Of a stretch of DNA of 32,000 bases, positions 17,315 to 25,555 are shown in pieces. The stretch's first letter is position 1; the number at the start of each line of letters is the position of its first letter. Source of the DNA: Acidothermus cellulolyticus 11B (GTDB lineage Bacteria; Actinomycetota; Actinomycetes; Acidothermales; Acidothermaceae); contig NC_008578.1 in assembly GCF_000015025.1 (NCBI RefSeq), positions 90,001 through 122,000 on the forward strand, in the 5' to 3' direction. A program made the position numbers and the translations under genes. A model generated the notes under the pieces. The model searched no databases and was not told the DNA's origin. It saw only the letters and a list, made by a program, of their open reading frames with translations.

Positions 17315-18007
17315 GTGGCGGAACCGTTGCTCGAGGTGGTTGCCCTTGATGTCGCTGATGCCCAGGCTGCTGTCCGCGGCGGTGCGGACCGCCTCGAGGT
17401 GGTGCGAGACATGGCCAGCGAGGGACTCGTGCCCACTGTGGAGACTTTTCTCGCCATCCGCGACGCGGTCGACGTTCCGCTGCGGGTCATGCTGCGCTCC
17501 ACCGCGAGTTTTGCCATTACCGAGCGGGAGCTTGACGAACTCTGCGCTCTCGCCGCGACGTTGCGGCGCGCGGGCATGGAGGAGTGCGTCATCGGATTCC
17601 TCACTCCGGCAGGTGAGGTGGACCTGTCAGCCGTCCAGACCGTGCTCGAGGTCGCTCACCCGCGTGCGTGGACCTTTCACCGCGCTTTCGATCACGCGGC
17701 CGACGCGACGGCGGCGTGGAAGACGATTACGGCATTGGATGGGCTGGATGCCGTGCTGACCGCCGGGAGCCCGAATGGGCTGTCGATGACCGGCCTGTGC
17801 GAGCGGCTCTCCCTCGGCACCGACGGACCAACCTGGGTCGTCGGCGGCGGATTGCGCATCGACCACGTACCAGCCCTGTACAGCGAGGGTTTCCGTTGGT
17901 TTCACGTGGGACGAGCGGTGCGCCGCCACGAACGATGGGATGGGCCGGTGGACGTCGTGACAGTCCGCCGCTGGCGGGAAGTGCTCGACACCGTCAGCGG
18001 CGGGTAG
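17315..18007 (+). CDS. cutC: CutC-family copper homeostasis protein
   Basis: LEVVALDVADAQAAVRGGADRLEVV...GLVPTVETFLAIRDAV resembles the CutC TIM-barrel N-terminus. GTG at 17315 lies 6 nt after GGAGG. Confidence 0.65.
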   Translation: MAEPLLEVVALDVADAQAAVRGGADRLEVVRDMASEGLVPTVETFLAIRDAVDVPLRVMLRSTASFAITERELDELCALAATLRRAGMEECVIGFLTPAGEVDLSAVQTVLEVAHPRAWTFHRAFDHAADATAAWKTITALDGLDAVLTAGSPNGLSMTGLCERLSLGTDGPTWVVGGGLRIDHVPALYSEGFRWFHVGRAVRRHERWDGPVDVVTVRRWREVLDTVSGG

Positions 18008-18202
18008 CCGGGTCGATTGCGGTCGGTGGGCACGGGACGGCGCCTCCCGCACGGCGCGTGACCGATGGTCCGTGGCCCGCCTGGGATATCGCGCGTGACG
18101 GCGAACGCCTCTGGACTGCTGGCGCGTCTCATCGGCGGAGATGGGCTCTTTAGAATCGAGTTCCTGCCGATCCACTGGGAGTTTTCACAGAGAGGCTGCG
18201 CG

Positions 18203-18592
18203 GTGCCCACCGGCAAGGTGAAGTGGTACGACCCCGAGAAGGGCTTCGGATTTCTCACGCGCGACGACGGCGGCGATGTCTTCGTCCGCGCGAGCGCCCT
18301 GCCGGCTGGCGTGACCTCGCTCAAGCCGGGCAGTCGGGTGGAGTTCGGCATTGTGGAGAGCAAGCGCGGTGAACAGGCACTCTCCGTCCGTCTCCTCGAT
18401 CCGCTGCCGTCCCTGGTTGCTGCGCAGCGGAAGAAGCCCGATGAGCTCGTCGTCATCATCGAGGATTTGATCAAGCTGCTTGACGGCGTGTCGAACACAC
18501 TGCGCCGCGGCCGTTACCCGGACCGGACGACGAGCCGGAAGGTGGCCGCCGTCCTGCGCGCTGTGGCTGACGACCTCGAACCCCCGCACTAG
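18203..18592 (+). CDS. cold-shock domain protein with C-terminal extension (129 aa)
   Basis: [33 protein letters not shown] carries RNP1 (KGFGF) and RNP2-like (VFV) motifs. A roughly 60-aa helical tail follows, as in long mycobacterial CspB-type proteins. The track start at 18065 is a run-on. Confidence 0.88.
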   Translation: MPTGKVKWYDPEKGFGFLTRDDGGDVFVRASALPAGVTSLKPGSRVEFGIVESKRGEQALSVRLLDPLPSLVAAQRKKPDELVVIIEDLIKLLDGVSNTLRRGRYPDRTTSRKVAAVLRAVADDLEPPH

Positions 18593-18666
18593 ACCTTGAG
18601 CCTCGGTAGACCGTGCTGGCTCTGGCGGGTCGCGCCGTCCCACCGGCCCGGCGGGTTGCACCGACC

Positions 18667-19581
18667 CTAGATCAGGGGCATCAGCAACTGGTCGGGCACA
18701 GCGGGAACCAACCCGGCGTCCGCGGCACGGGCGAGGAGATCGCGCACCGCGGCGTAACCACCCTCCCCTAGCTCGACTGTGAAGTCGTTGACGTACAGCG
18801 CGATGTGCCGCGCCTGCACGGCGGGGTCCATCTCCTGAGCGTGCTGCGCCACGAAATCAGCGGACGCCGACGGATGCGCCCGGGCGTACCGCACGGACGC
18901 CCGCACCACGTCGGTGATCCGAGCGACGTCCAGCTCACGGCGTGCCACGATCGCGCCGAGCGGGATGGGCAGACCGGTCGTGCTCTCCCACCACTCACCC
19001 AGGTCCGCCAGGCATTCCAAGCCGTACGCCGGGTAGGTGAACCGGGCTTCGTGGATCACCAAACCGGCGTCGATCCGGCCGTCCCGGACCGCCGGCATGA
19101 TCTCCGCATACGGCAGGACGCGAATGTCCGCGACGCCGCGGCCGCGCGCCCACATCCGGAAGAGCAGGTACGCCGTGGTGCGCTCGCCGGGTACTCCGAC
19201 CACGGCGCCGCGCAGGTCACGCCGTCCGGCCGTCAGGACCAGGGGTCCGCACCCGCGGCCAAGCGCGCCGCCGGTGGGCAGCAGCGCATAGCGGTCCAAA
19301 AGCCACGGCAGGGCGGCGTACGAGACCTTGACGACGTCGAACTCTCCGCGCTCTGCGGCCGTGTTCGTCACGTCGACGTCCGCGAACGTCACGGCAACCG
19401 GTGGTGCGTCCGGCAGGAGTCCGTGCACCCAGGCGTGGAAGACGAAGGTGTCGTTTGGGCAGGGCGAGAATGCGATCCGGAGCAGGCGGCCGTCCGGGAG
19501 CGGCGCATGGTCGTTCGGCAGGTTGAGCAGCTGGGACGACGCGCCGCCTGCCTGGGACGACGCGCCCGCGCTCGGCGTCAT
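18667..19581 (-). CDS. mqnD: 1,4-dihydroxy-6-naphthoate synthase (futalosine pathway)
   Basis: LRIAFSPCPNDTFVFHAWVHGLL is the MqnD N-terminal signature. Periplasmic-binding-protein-like fold length. The ATG at 19581 overlaps the mqnB stop (ATGA). Confidence 0.85.
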   Translation of the reverse strand: MTPSAGASSQAGGASSQLLNLPNDHAPLPDGRLLRIAFSPCPNDTFVFHAWVHGLLPDAPPVAVTFADVDVTNTAAERGEFDVVKVSYAALPWLLDRYALLPTGGALGRGCGPLVLTAGRRDLRGAVVGVPGERTTAYLLFRMWARGRGVADIRVLPYAEIMPAVRDGRIDAGLVIHEARFTYPAYGLECLADLGEWWESTTGLPIPLGAIVARRELDVARITDVVRASVRYARAHPSASADFVAQHAQEMDPAVQARHIALYVNDFTVELGEGGYAAVRDLLARAADAGLVPAVPDQLLMPLI

Positions 19582-20312
19582 GGGCACCCTCCGTCGATCT
19601 CCCGTGCCGCGGCCTGACCGGATCCGTCGTTGCACCACGCCGCGCCGAGTGCCGCGAATGCGTGCTCCAACCGGCGCAGCGCGCCGGGGATATCCCACGC
19701 TCGGCGGTCCCGCCGCCCAACCCGGTTGCTCACCACCCGCAGTTCGCCGTACCGAACGCCTGCGCGGGTCGCGGCGACGGCCACACCGTAGCCCTCCATC
19801 GCCTCAGCGACGGCGCCGGGGTATCGCCGCCGCAGGTCATCGGCGTGCGCGTCCGTGCCCGTCACCGTGTTCACGGTCAGAATGCCGCCGATCACCGGCG
19901 CCAGTCCGGCGTACCGAAGCGGTCCGGTGAGTTCCTCGACGACCGGCGGGTCGATCGCGTTGGCTGTCGTCGCAATTCCGAGGTGCTCCAGCGGGATGAA
20001 CCCGTCGGGGGACATGGCGCCGAGGTCGGCCGGGTGGACGGCGTCCGCGACGACGATGTCACCGATGCCGGCGATACCGATGCCGCCGGCAATACCGGTG
20101 CAGATGACGAGCGAATAGTGCCGGCGTGCTAACGCCGCGGCCGTCGCCGCCGCGGCTGCCGCACTTCCCACGCCGGCTACGAGAATGTCCGCTGTCGCGG
20201 TGTGCCGGACGTTCGCGGAGCCCTGGGGGTGCGGCTGCGCACCGTCCAGGCCTGAGGCGACAGCGTCCGCCTCGGCGGCGACGGCAGTGATGATGAGCCG
20301 CTTGACGCTCAT
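19578..20312 (-). CDS. mqnB: futalosine hydrolase (nucleosidase family)
   Basis: 244 aa from MSVKRLIITAVAAEADAV... Contains GIAGGIG and AVAEAMEGYGVA motifs of the PNP/MTAN nucleosidase fold. Sits directly upstream of mqnD. The first 145 codons of the track ORF are a run-on into the neighbouring gene. Confidence 0.8.
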   Translation of the reverse strand: MSVKRLIITAVAAEADAVASGLDGAQPHPQGSANVRHTATADILVAGVGSAAAAAATAAALARRHYSLVICTGIAGGIGIAGIGDIVVADAVHPADLGAMSPDGFIPLEHLGIATTANAIDPPVVEELTGPLRYAGLAPVIGGILTVNTVTGTDAHADDLRRRYPGAVAEAMEGYGVAVAATRAGVRYGELRVVSNRVGRRDRRAWDIPGALRRLEHAFAALGAAWCNDGSGQAAAREIDGGCP

Positions 20313-21754
20313 CGGCGGGGGCTTTCGTCGGCGGTTCGTGCCGGTGCGTGGAGCCGCTGCGCTCGCAACGCCTGCAGCCCGGTTTCGACGCTGACCCGCA
20401 GTCGGGTCACGGTGGCAAGGAAGAACACCGCCACGATCGCCGATCCCAGGGCCAGACCGAGCGTGCCGTTGGACGGCAGGACGAGAGCGAGAAATCCACC
20501 GGTCACCCAGGACAACTGCAGTACGGTCTCCGACCGGGCGAACGCCGAGGTCCGGACGGCTTCCAGCACGTCGCGTTGGATGACGGAATCGAGTCCCAGC
20601 TTCGCCAACGACTGACAGAGGTCGGCGACAAGGAGGGCGATCGCCGCGGTGGCCAGACCGAACCAGACCGCGCTGAGAATGCCGACGATTCCCGCCGCGA
20701 GGAGCGACGCGACGACCAGCGGCTCGGGATGGCGCCCCTTCAGCCAACCGCCGAGGAAGGTGCCGATGAAGCTGCCGATCGCGGCAGCCGCCACGATGAT
20801 CCCCAGGTCGACGTTCTCGCTGAAGACCCCGAGCGGGTGGGTCCGGATGAGGAAAGCGAGAAACAACGTGAGAAATCCGGCGAAGATGCGAAGTCCGGCG
20901 TTTGCGCGGAGCATGACCGGCATGCGCGGTCCCACACCGCGCAGCGGCGGGAAAATACGGTGATAGAAAGTGCGCTGCCGGTTCTCCCGCGGGGTGCGGG
21001 CTCGCACCGGCATTTCCCCTGCAGGGACGTCGACTCGCGGGGGCAGACGGAACGCGAAGAATGCGCCGGCAAAGTACACCAGCGTGGCGATGCGCAGCGT
21101 GGTCGACGGCGATCCTGTCATCCAGTTGAGTGCCTGCCCGATCGGCGCCCCGACGGTTGCACCGATAATTCCCCAGAGGATGAGCCGGGCGTTTGCGCGG
21201 ACCAAAGTGAGGTCCGGGGGCAGCAGCCTCGGTACGACTGCGGAACGCGACACGCCGTAGGCCTTGGAACAGACCAGAACTCCGAATGCCGCTGGATACA
21301 ACGCGAATCCACCTTTGGTGGCTACCGCGTCAGCGATGACCCAGGCAAGGAAAGCGCGGACGATTTGGGTCGTCGCCAACGCCATGCGTCTGCCGTGCCG
21401 GAATCGGTCCAGAATTGGCCCAACAATCGGCGCAACCACGGCAAACGGCGCCATCGTGATGACAAGGTAGAGCGCCACCCGGCTGCGCGCTTGATGGACG
21501 TCGACGGCGAAAAAGAGCGTGTTGGCGAGCGCCACTGTGAGCATGGCGTCGCCCAGGCTGTGAATGGTGTGGAGGTCGATGAGGTTCGCAAGTCCACTGC
21601 GCCCCGCGCCGTCCGCCCGGGTCGCTCGATAAAAATGGGTGCCGACAAAGGACGCCGCCCGCGCCACGCCGGTGCCGATGCGTCGCAGTCCACCGGCTGC
21701 CGCGGCGGCGGCGCGGGAGAGCCGCGCGGCTGGGCGGTGGCGGAGGATCGTCAC
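20309..21754 (-). CDS. 12-TM MFS-type membrane protein, translationally coupled to mqnB
   Basis: 481 aa, about 12 hydrophobic helices. MFS motif A GPILDRFRHGRR between TM2 and TM3. Its stop overlaps the mqnB ATG (ATGA at 20312..20309). Confidence 0.8.
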   Translation of the reverse strand: MTILRHRPAARLSRAAAAAAGGLRRIGTGVARAASFVGTHFYRATRADGAGRSGLANLIDLHTIHSLGDAMLTVALANTLFFAVDVHQARSRVALYLVITMAPFAVVAPIVGPILDRFRHGRRMALATTQIVRAFLAWVIADAVATKGGFALYPAAFGVLVCSKAYGVSRSAVVPRLLPPDLTLVRANARLILWGIIGATVGAPIGQALNWMTGSPSTTLRIATLVYFAGAFFAFRLPPRVDVPAGEMPVRARTPRENRQRTFYHRIFPPLRGVGPRMPVMLRANAGLRIFAGFLTLFLAFLIRTHPLGVFSENVDLGIIVAAAAIGSFIGTFLGGWLKGRHPEPLVVASLLAAGIVGILSAVWFGLATAAIALLVADLCQSLAKLGLDSVIQRDVLEAVRTSAFARSETVLQLSWVTGGFLALVLPSNGTLGLALGSAIVAVFFLATVTRLRVSVETGLQALRAQRLHAPARTADESPRR

Positions 21755-21815
21755 GGCTCAAGTCAACTACGCGGAGCGGTTTCGGTGACTGCAGGACCGT
21801 GGGAGAATCGCTGCC

Positions 21816-22889
21816 GTGCCTGCAACGACTGACGGGGCGCCGCCGCAGGCGATCGGCTCCCGTTCGACCGCGTACGCCGCGCGCTCTGCTGACGAGACGC
21901 CTGCGCACGGCCCTGAGCGTGGGAGCGAGTCCGAGGCTGGGAGCGAGTCCGCGGTGACCGTCCCGCTGGATGAGGTGTGTGCGGCTGCCGTGGAACTGGC
22001 GCGCGGTGCGGCCGCCGAGGTTGCCGGCGCGGAGATGGTCGGCGAACACGAGGGTGTCGAGGCAGACGACGAACACGTCGTCACCCATTACTTCGCTTGC
22101 CGAGAGCGCGGCTACGTCGGGTGGCGGTGGGCCGTCACCGTCGTACGGGCGCCGGACTCTGACCGGGTGACCGTGAACGACGTCGTGCTGCTCCCCGGCG
22201 CGGGTGCGCTGCTGCCGCCGCCGTGGATCCCGTGGACGCAGCGGCTACGGGCAGGGGACGTCGGGGTCGGCGACGTCGCACCGACCGCGGAAGACGATCC
22301 GCGCCTCGAGCCAGCCGAGGTGAGCATCGGCGATCCGCGGTTGCCGGACGACGAGGTGAGCGCGGACCTCCTGCTCGCGGAGTTGTGGCTGGGACGCCGC
22401 CGGGTGCTCTCGCAACACGGACGCAGCGAAGCGGCGCAGCGGTGGTACGCCGGCGAGCACGGACCACGGGCCGCGATCGCCCGCGCGGCGCCGTATTCCT
22501 GCGGCACATGCGGGTTTCTCGTGCCGCTGTCAGGAGCACTGGGTCGGCTGTTTGGCGTCTGCGCGAACGAAGTCGCCCCCGATGACGGGAAGGTGGTCTC
22601 GTTCGACCACGGGTGCGGTGCGCACTCCGAGGCACTTGTCGTGCCGAGTCAGCCCCATCCGCTTCGTCCGTCGCCGGATCCGTCAGGTGTGGCGGTCGAC
22701 GTCGGGACGACCGAGTCCGGTGCGGTTACTGATCCGTCGAGTGCGGGTGCGGTGCTGCACCGTGAGGAAGAGCAGGCCCCACAGGCCCAGAGCGACGCCG
22801 CTGACGGCGACCCAGAACCACCAGCCGGCGCCGTGCTGGACGAGGGTCGGGCGCACGATGAAGAGCGCGATCGCGGCGAGCGCCCATAG
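21816..22889 (+). CDS. DUF3027 domain-containing protein
   Basis: HYFACRERGYVGWRWAVTV...CGTCGFLVPLSGALGRLFGVCANEVAPDDGKVVSFDHGCGAHSE matches the DUF3027 cysteine-rich core. A long acidic low-complexity C-terminal tail overlaps the next gene. Confidence 0.8.
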   Translation: MPATTDGAPPQAIGSRSTAYAARSADETPAHGPERGSESEAGSESAVTVPLDEVCAAAVELARGAAAEVAGAEMVGEHEGVEADDEHVVTHYFACRERGYVGWRWAVTVVRAPDSDRVTVNDVVLLPGAGALLPPPWIPWTQRLRAGDVGVGDVAPTAEDDPRLEPAEVSIGDPRLPDDEVSADLLLAELWLGRRRVLSQHGRSEAAQRWYAGEHGPRAAIARAAPYSCGTCGFLVPLSGALGRLFGVCANEVAPDDGKVVSFDHGCGAHSEALVVPSQPHPLRPSPDPSGVAVDVGTTESGAVTDPSSAGAVLHREEEQAPQAQSDAADGDPEPPAGAVLDEGRAHDEERDRGERP

Positions 22890-22970
22890 TCCGGTGCCGA
22901 TGGCAATCGGGGGGAACGGATTTACCGGCAACGGCTTCGGCGGTTCGCCGACGTCCGATCGTCGAGACAC
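22683..22970 (-). CDS. DUF2530-like small membrane protein
   Basis: 95 aa with a Pro-rich N-terminus followed by two TM helices (IAIGTGLWALAAIALFIV, WWFWVAVSGVALGLWGLLFL). Very high third-position GC in this frame. GTG start with no obvious SD. Confidence 0.7.
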   Translation of the reverse strand: MSRRSDVGEPPKPLPVNPFPPIAIGTGLWALAAIALFIVRPTLVQHGAGWWFWVAVSGVALGLWGLLFLTVQHRTRTRRISNRTGLGRPDVDRHT

Positions 22971-22979
22971 GGGCCGAGA

Positions 22980-23033
22980 CTAGCGGAGCGGCACGGCTGA
23001 GGCTAGCGGAGCGGCACGGCTGAGGCTAGCGGA
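22980..23033. repeat. 23-bp tandem repeat, about 2.3 copies
   Basis: CTAGCGGAGCGGCACGGCTGAGG at 22980..23002 and 23003..23025 (identical), then a partial third copy CTAGCGGA at 23026..23033. Confidence 0.9.
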
Positions 23034-23088
23034 CGCCGGGGTCCGCACGAACATCCACAATCTCCCACCCGCAGGGAGCGGTCCACAA

Positions 23089-23122
23089 TTACTTAGCAAA
23101 GCTAATGACGTATGCTAAGTAA
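23089..23122. promoter_or_regulatory. AT-rich palindromic operator/promoter upstream of marR
   Basis: TTACTTAGCA (23089..23098) and TGCTAAGTAA (23113..23122) form a perfect 10-bp inverted repeat. A nested TTAGC-aaa-GCTAA palindrome lies inside. TATGCT -10-like hexamer 8 nt before the GTG at 23125. Confidence 0.6.
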
Positions 23123-23124
23123 AT

Positions 23125-23556
23125 GTGACGGCCACGATGAGCACGCGCGAATTGGCGAGCGAGCTGCGGGTTTCGTTGATGCGCTTGGTCCGCCGACTCC
23201 GAGCGCAGCGACCCGACCACGGCCTCACCCTGACCCAACTCTCCGCCCTCGGCACGTTGGAACGACTCGGCCCGATGCGGATCGGTGAACTTGCCGAGCG
23301 AGAGAAAGTGCAGCCCCCCTCGATGACCCGGACCGTCGCCGCCCTCGAGGAACGCGGCCTGGTCACCCGCACCACCGATCCCACCGATCGACGCAACGTG
23401 GTCGTCGCCGTGAGCCGGCGCGGCCTCGAACTGCTTCGCGATGACCGGCGCCGCCGCGAACAATGGCTGGCCGCCCGCCTCGCGGAATTGAGCGACGACG
23501 AACGTGCGCTGCTTGCGCGCGTCGCACCGATCCTCGACCGGATCGCCCGATCGTGA
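23125..23556 (+). CDS. MarR family transcriptional regulator
   Basis: LTLTQLSALGTLERLGPMRIGELAEREKVQPPSMTRTVAALEERGLVTRTTDPTDRRNVVVAVSRRG is a typical MarR winged helix. Start is either the GTG at 23125 or the ATG at 23137. Confidence 0.9.
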   Translation: MTATMSTRELASELRVSLMRLVRRLRAQRPDHGLTLTQLSALGTLERLGPMRIGELAEREKVQPPSMTRTVAALEERGLVTRTTDPTDRRNVVVAVSRRGLELLRDDRRRREQWLAARLAELSDDERALLARVAPILDRIARS

Positions 23557-24851
23557 ACGGGATGTTCCGGGCCCTTGCGGTCCGCAACTACCGGCTGTAC
23601 GCCACCGGCCAACTGGTCTCCAATACCGGGACGTGGATGGCCCGGGTCACGCAGGATTGGCTCGTTTACCACATCCTGACCCGCGATAACAGCTTTGCGC
23701 TCGGCGCCGTGACAGCTCTGCAATTCCTGCCCACCCTGCTTTTCGGGATGCACGGAGGCCTGCTGGCCGATCGCTACCCGAAGCGTAGGGTCCTCGTCGG
23801 CACCCAGAGCGCGATGGCGCTGCTCAGCATCGTGAGCGGCGTTCTCATCGCGACGCACGTCATCGCTCTGTGGTCCATTTCCGTCATCGTGTTCCTGTTC
23901 GGCATCGCTTCTGCGTTGGACATGCCGGTCCGGCAGGCCTTTGTCGTGGAAATGGTCGGGCGGGAACTTGTCCAGAACGCGGTGAGCTTGAATTCCGCCA
24001 CGTTTAATGCGGCGCGCCTGATCGGTCCCGCCGTGGCGGGCGTGCTCATTGAAGCTTTCGGCACCGCGCCGTCGTTTTTCCTCAACGCCGCCTCGTACCT
24101 CGCCGTCATCGGCGTCCTCGTCGCGATGCGCGCCGACGAGCTTCGGGTCGCCCCCCGAGTGGGACGGCGCGCCGGTCAGCTGCGGGAGGGATTGCGCTAT
24201 GTCGCAGAGCATCCGGAGCTCGCCATCCCGATCGCCTTGATCGGGCTGGTCGGCACGTTCGGTTTGAATTTCCCAATCACCAATGCCTTGATGGCCCGCG
24301 GGGCCTTCCATCAGAACGCCGGCGGCTACGGGCTTCTGTCGACCACGCAGGCGATCGGCGCGGTGATCGGTGCATTGGCCACGGCACGCCGACGCCGGCG
24401 GCCGCGGTTGCGCCTCCTCTTCGGATTGGCAACAGTTTTTGCGTTGTTCGAAGGACTTTCCGGGCTTGCGCCCAGTTATCTCATCTTTGCCGTACTCCTC
24501 ATCCCGATCGGCGCAGCAGCCATTGCCTTTGCGACGTCGTGCAATTCCAGCGTGCAATTGGGCGCCAAGCCGGCGATGCAGGGACGGGCGATGGCGCTGT
24601 ACGTCACGGTGTTCACCGGAGGAACTCCGGTCGGCTCCCTGCTGGTCGGTTGGCTCGGCAATGTTCTGGGACCGCGCGGGACGTTGGCCGTTCAAGGCCT
24701 GATCTGCGTCGTCAGTGCTGTCGCCGTGGCTGCTGTCTATGCCCGTCGCCTCGGTTGGCGACGGCCGCCTTTCACCCGCAGGCGCCGCCGCGGTGGTCTG
24801 ACCGCGGCCGAGATCGCGGAACCCACGCTTGCGGATGTGAGTACTCGGTGA
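23553..24851 (+). CDS. MFS transporter (MFS_3 / enterobactin-exporter-like family)
   Basis: MFRALAVRNYRLYATGQLVSNTGTWMARVTQDWLV... and GGLLADRYPKRRVL (motif A). About 12 TM helices. The GTG at 23553 overlaps the marR stop (GTGA); an alternative ATG is at 23562. Confidence 0.88.
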   Translation: MNGMFRALAVRNYRLYATGQLVSNTGTWMARVTQDWLVYHILTRDNSFALGAVTALQFLPTLLFGMHGGLLADRYPKRRVLVGTQSAMALLSIVSGVLIATHVIALWSISVIVFLFGIASALDMPVRQAFVVEMVGRELVQNAVSLNSATFNAARLIGPAVAGVLIEAFGTAPSFFLNAASYLAVIGVLVAMRADELRVAPRVGRRAGQLREGLRYVAEHPELAIPIALIGLVGTFGLNFPITNALMARGAFHQNAGGYGLLSTTQAIGAVIGALATARRRRRPRLRLLFGLATVFALFEGLSGLAPSYLIFAVLLIPIGAAAIAFATSCNSSVQLGAKPAMQGRAMALYVTVFTGGTPVGSLLVGWLGNVLGPRGTLAVQGLICVVSAVAVAAVYARRLGWRRPPFTRRRRRGGLTAAEIAEPTLADVSTR

Positions 24852-24961
24852 CAGGTCCACCCGCCCGGTCCGGTGAGCCGGCCCGGGTCTGGTGAGCCTG
24901 GGCCGGCGCGCGTCCCGGCGGGTTCGGCGCGTGGGGGTATGACGCCGTTCACCATGGACGT

Positions 24962-25534
24962 GTGCGGGTATTTGCGGCCCTGACTCCGCCGGCGACCGCG
25001 ATCGACCACCTCGAACATGCGTTGCTCGGCGTGCGGCGGGACGACGTCGAGTGGCGGTGGGTGCTTCCAGACCGCTGGCACCTCACGTTGGCCTTCTACG
25101 GCGAGGTGTCGGAGTTCACTGCGGATCGGGTTGCGCTACGCCTTGAGCGGGTCGCCGGCCGGCAAGCGCCGTTGCAGCTGTGCTTTGCCGGGGTTGGTGC
25201 TTTTGACCGGCCATCGCGCGCCCGGGTGATCTGGGCGGGAGTGCGGACGATCGCGGACGACGGCAGCCTGGCGCGGTTGGCCGACCGATGCCGTGCCGCC
25301 GGTCGCCGGGCCGGCGTGACGATGCCGCAGACCGATCGGGGTTTTCGGGCCCACCTGACCCTTGCCCGTGCCCGCACGAATCCGGTGGACGCGAGGGGTT
25401 TTCTCGCCGCGCTGGCCGGCTATACGGGGCCGGTGTGGACGGCGACCCACCTGCAGCTGATCCGCAGCTTTCTCGGTCCGGTGCCCCGCTACGAAACGCT
25501 CGGATCGTGGCCGCTTAGCGACGGCGCGTCGTGA
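24962..25534 (+). CDS. thpR: RNA 2',3'-cyclic phosphodiesterase (2H phosphoesterase, ThpR/LigT)
   Basis: Two H-x-T-x motifs (WHLTLAFYG and AHLTLARA) at the expected spacing in a 190-aa protein. Confidence 0.85.
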   Translation: MRVFAALTPPATAIDHLEHALLGVRRDDVEWRWVLPDRWHLTLAFYGEVSEFTADRVALRLERVAGRQAPLQLCFAGVGAFDRPSRARVIWAGVRTIADDGSLARLADRCRAAGRRAGVTMPQTDRGFRAHLTLARARTNPVDARGFLAALAGYTGPVWTATHLQLIRSFLGPVPRYETLGSWPLSDGAS

Positions 25535-25555
25535 CAGCGAGGCAGCGACGGTCGC

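Noticed and set aside
17010-17759. 249-aa plus-strand ORF spanning the WXG100-cutC gap and the 5' half of cutC in another frame
   Set aside because: Arg/Ala/Ser/Pro-rich with no RBS. It overlaps the better-supported cutC frame.
20348-21832. 494-aa plus-strand ORF opposite the MFS/mqn genes
   Set aside because: Highly charged (R/E/D/G) composition, no motifs. It is antisense to a convincing 12-TM protein.
23115-24860. 581-aa minus-strand ORF opposite marR and the MFS transporter
   Set aside because: Shadow ORF. The plus strand encodes two proteins with clear family signatures.
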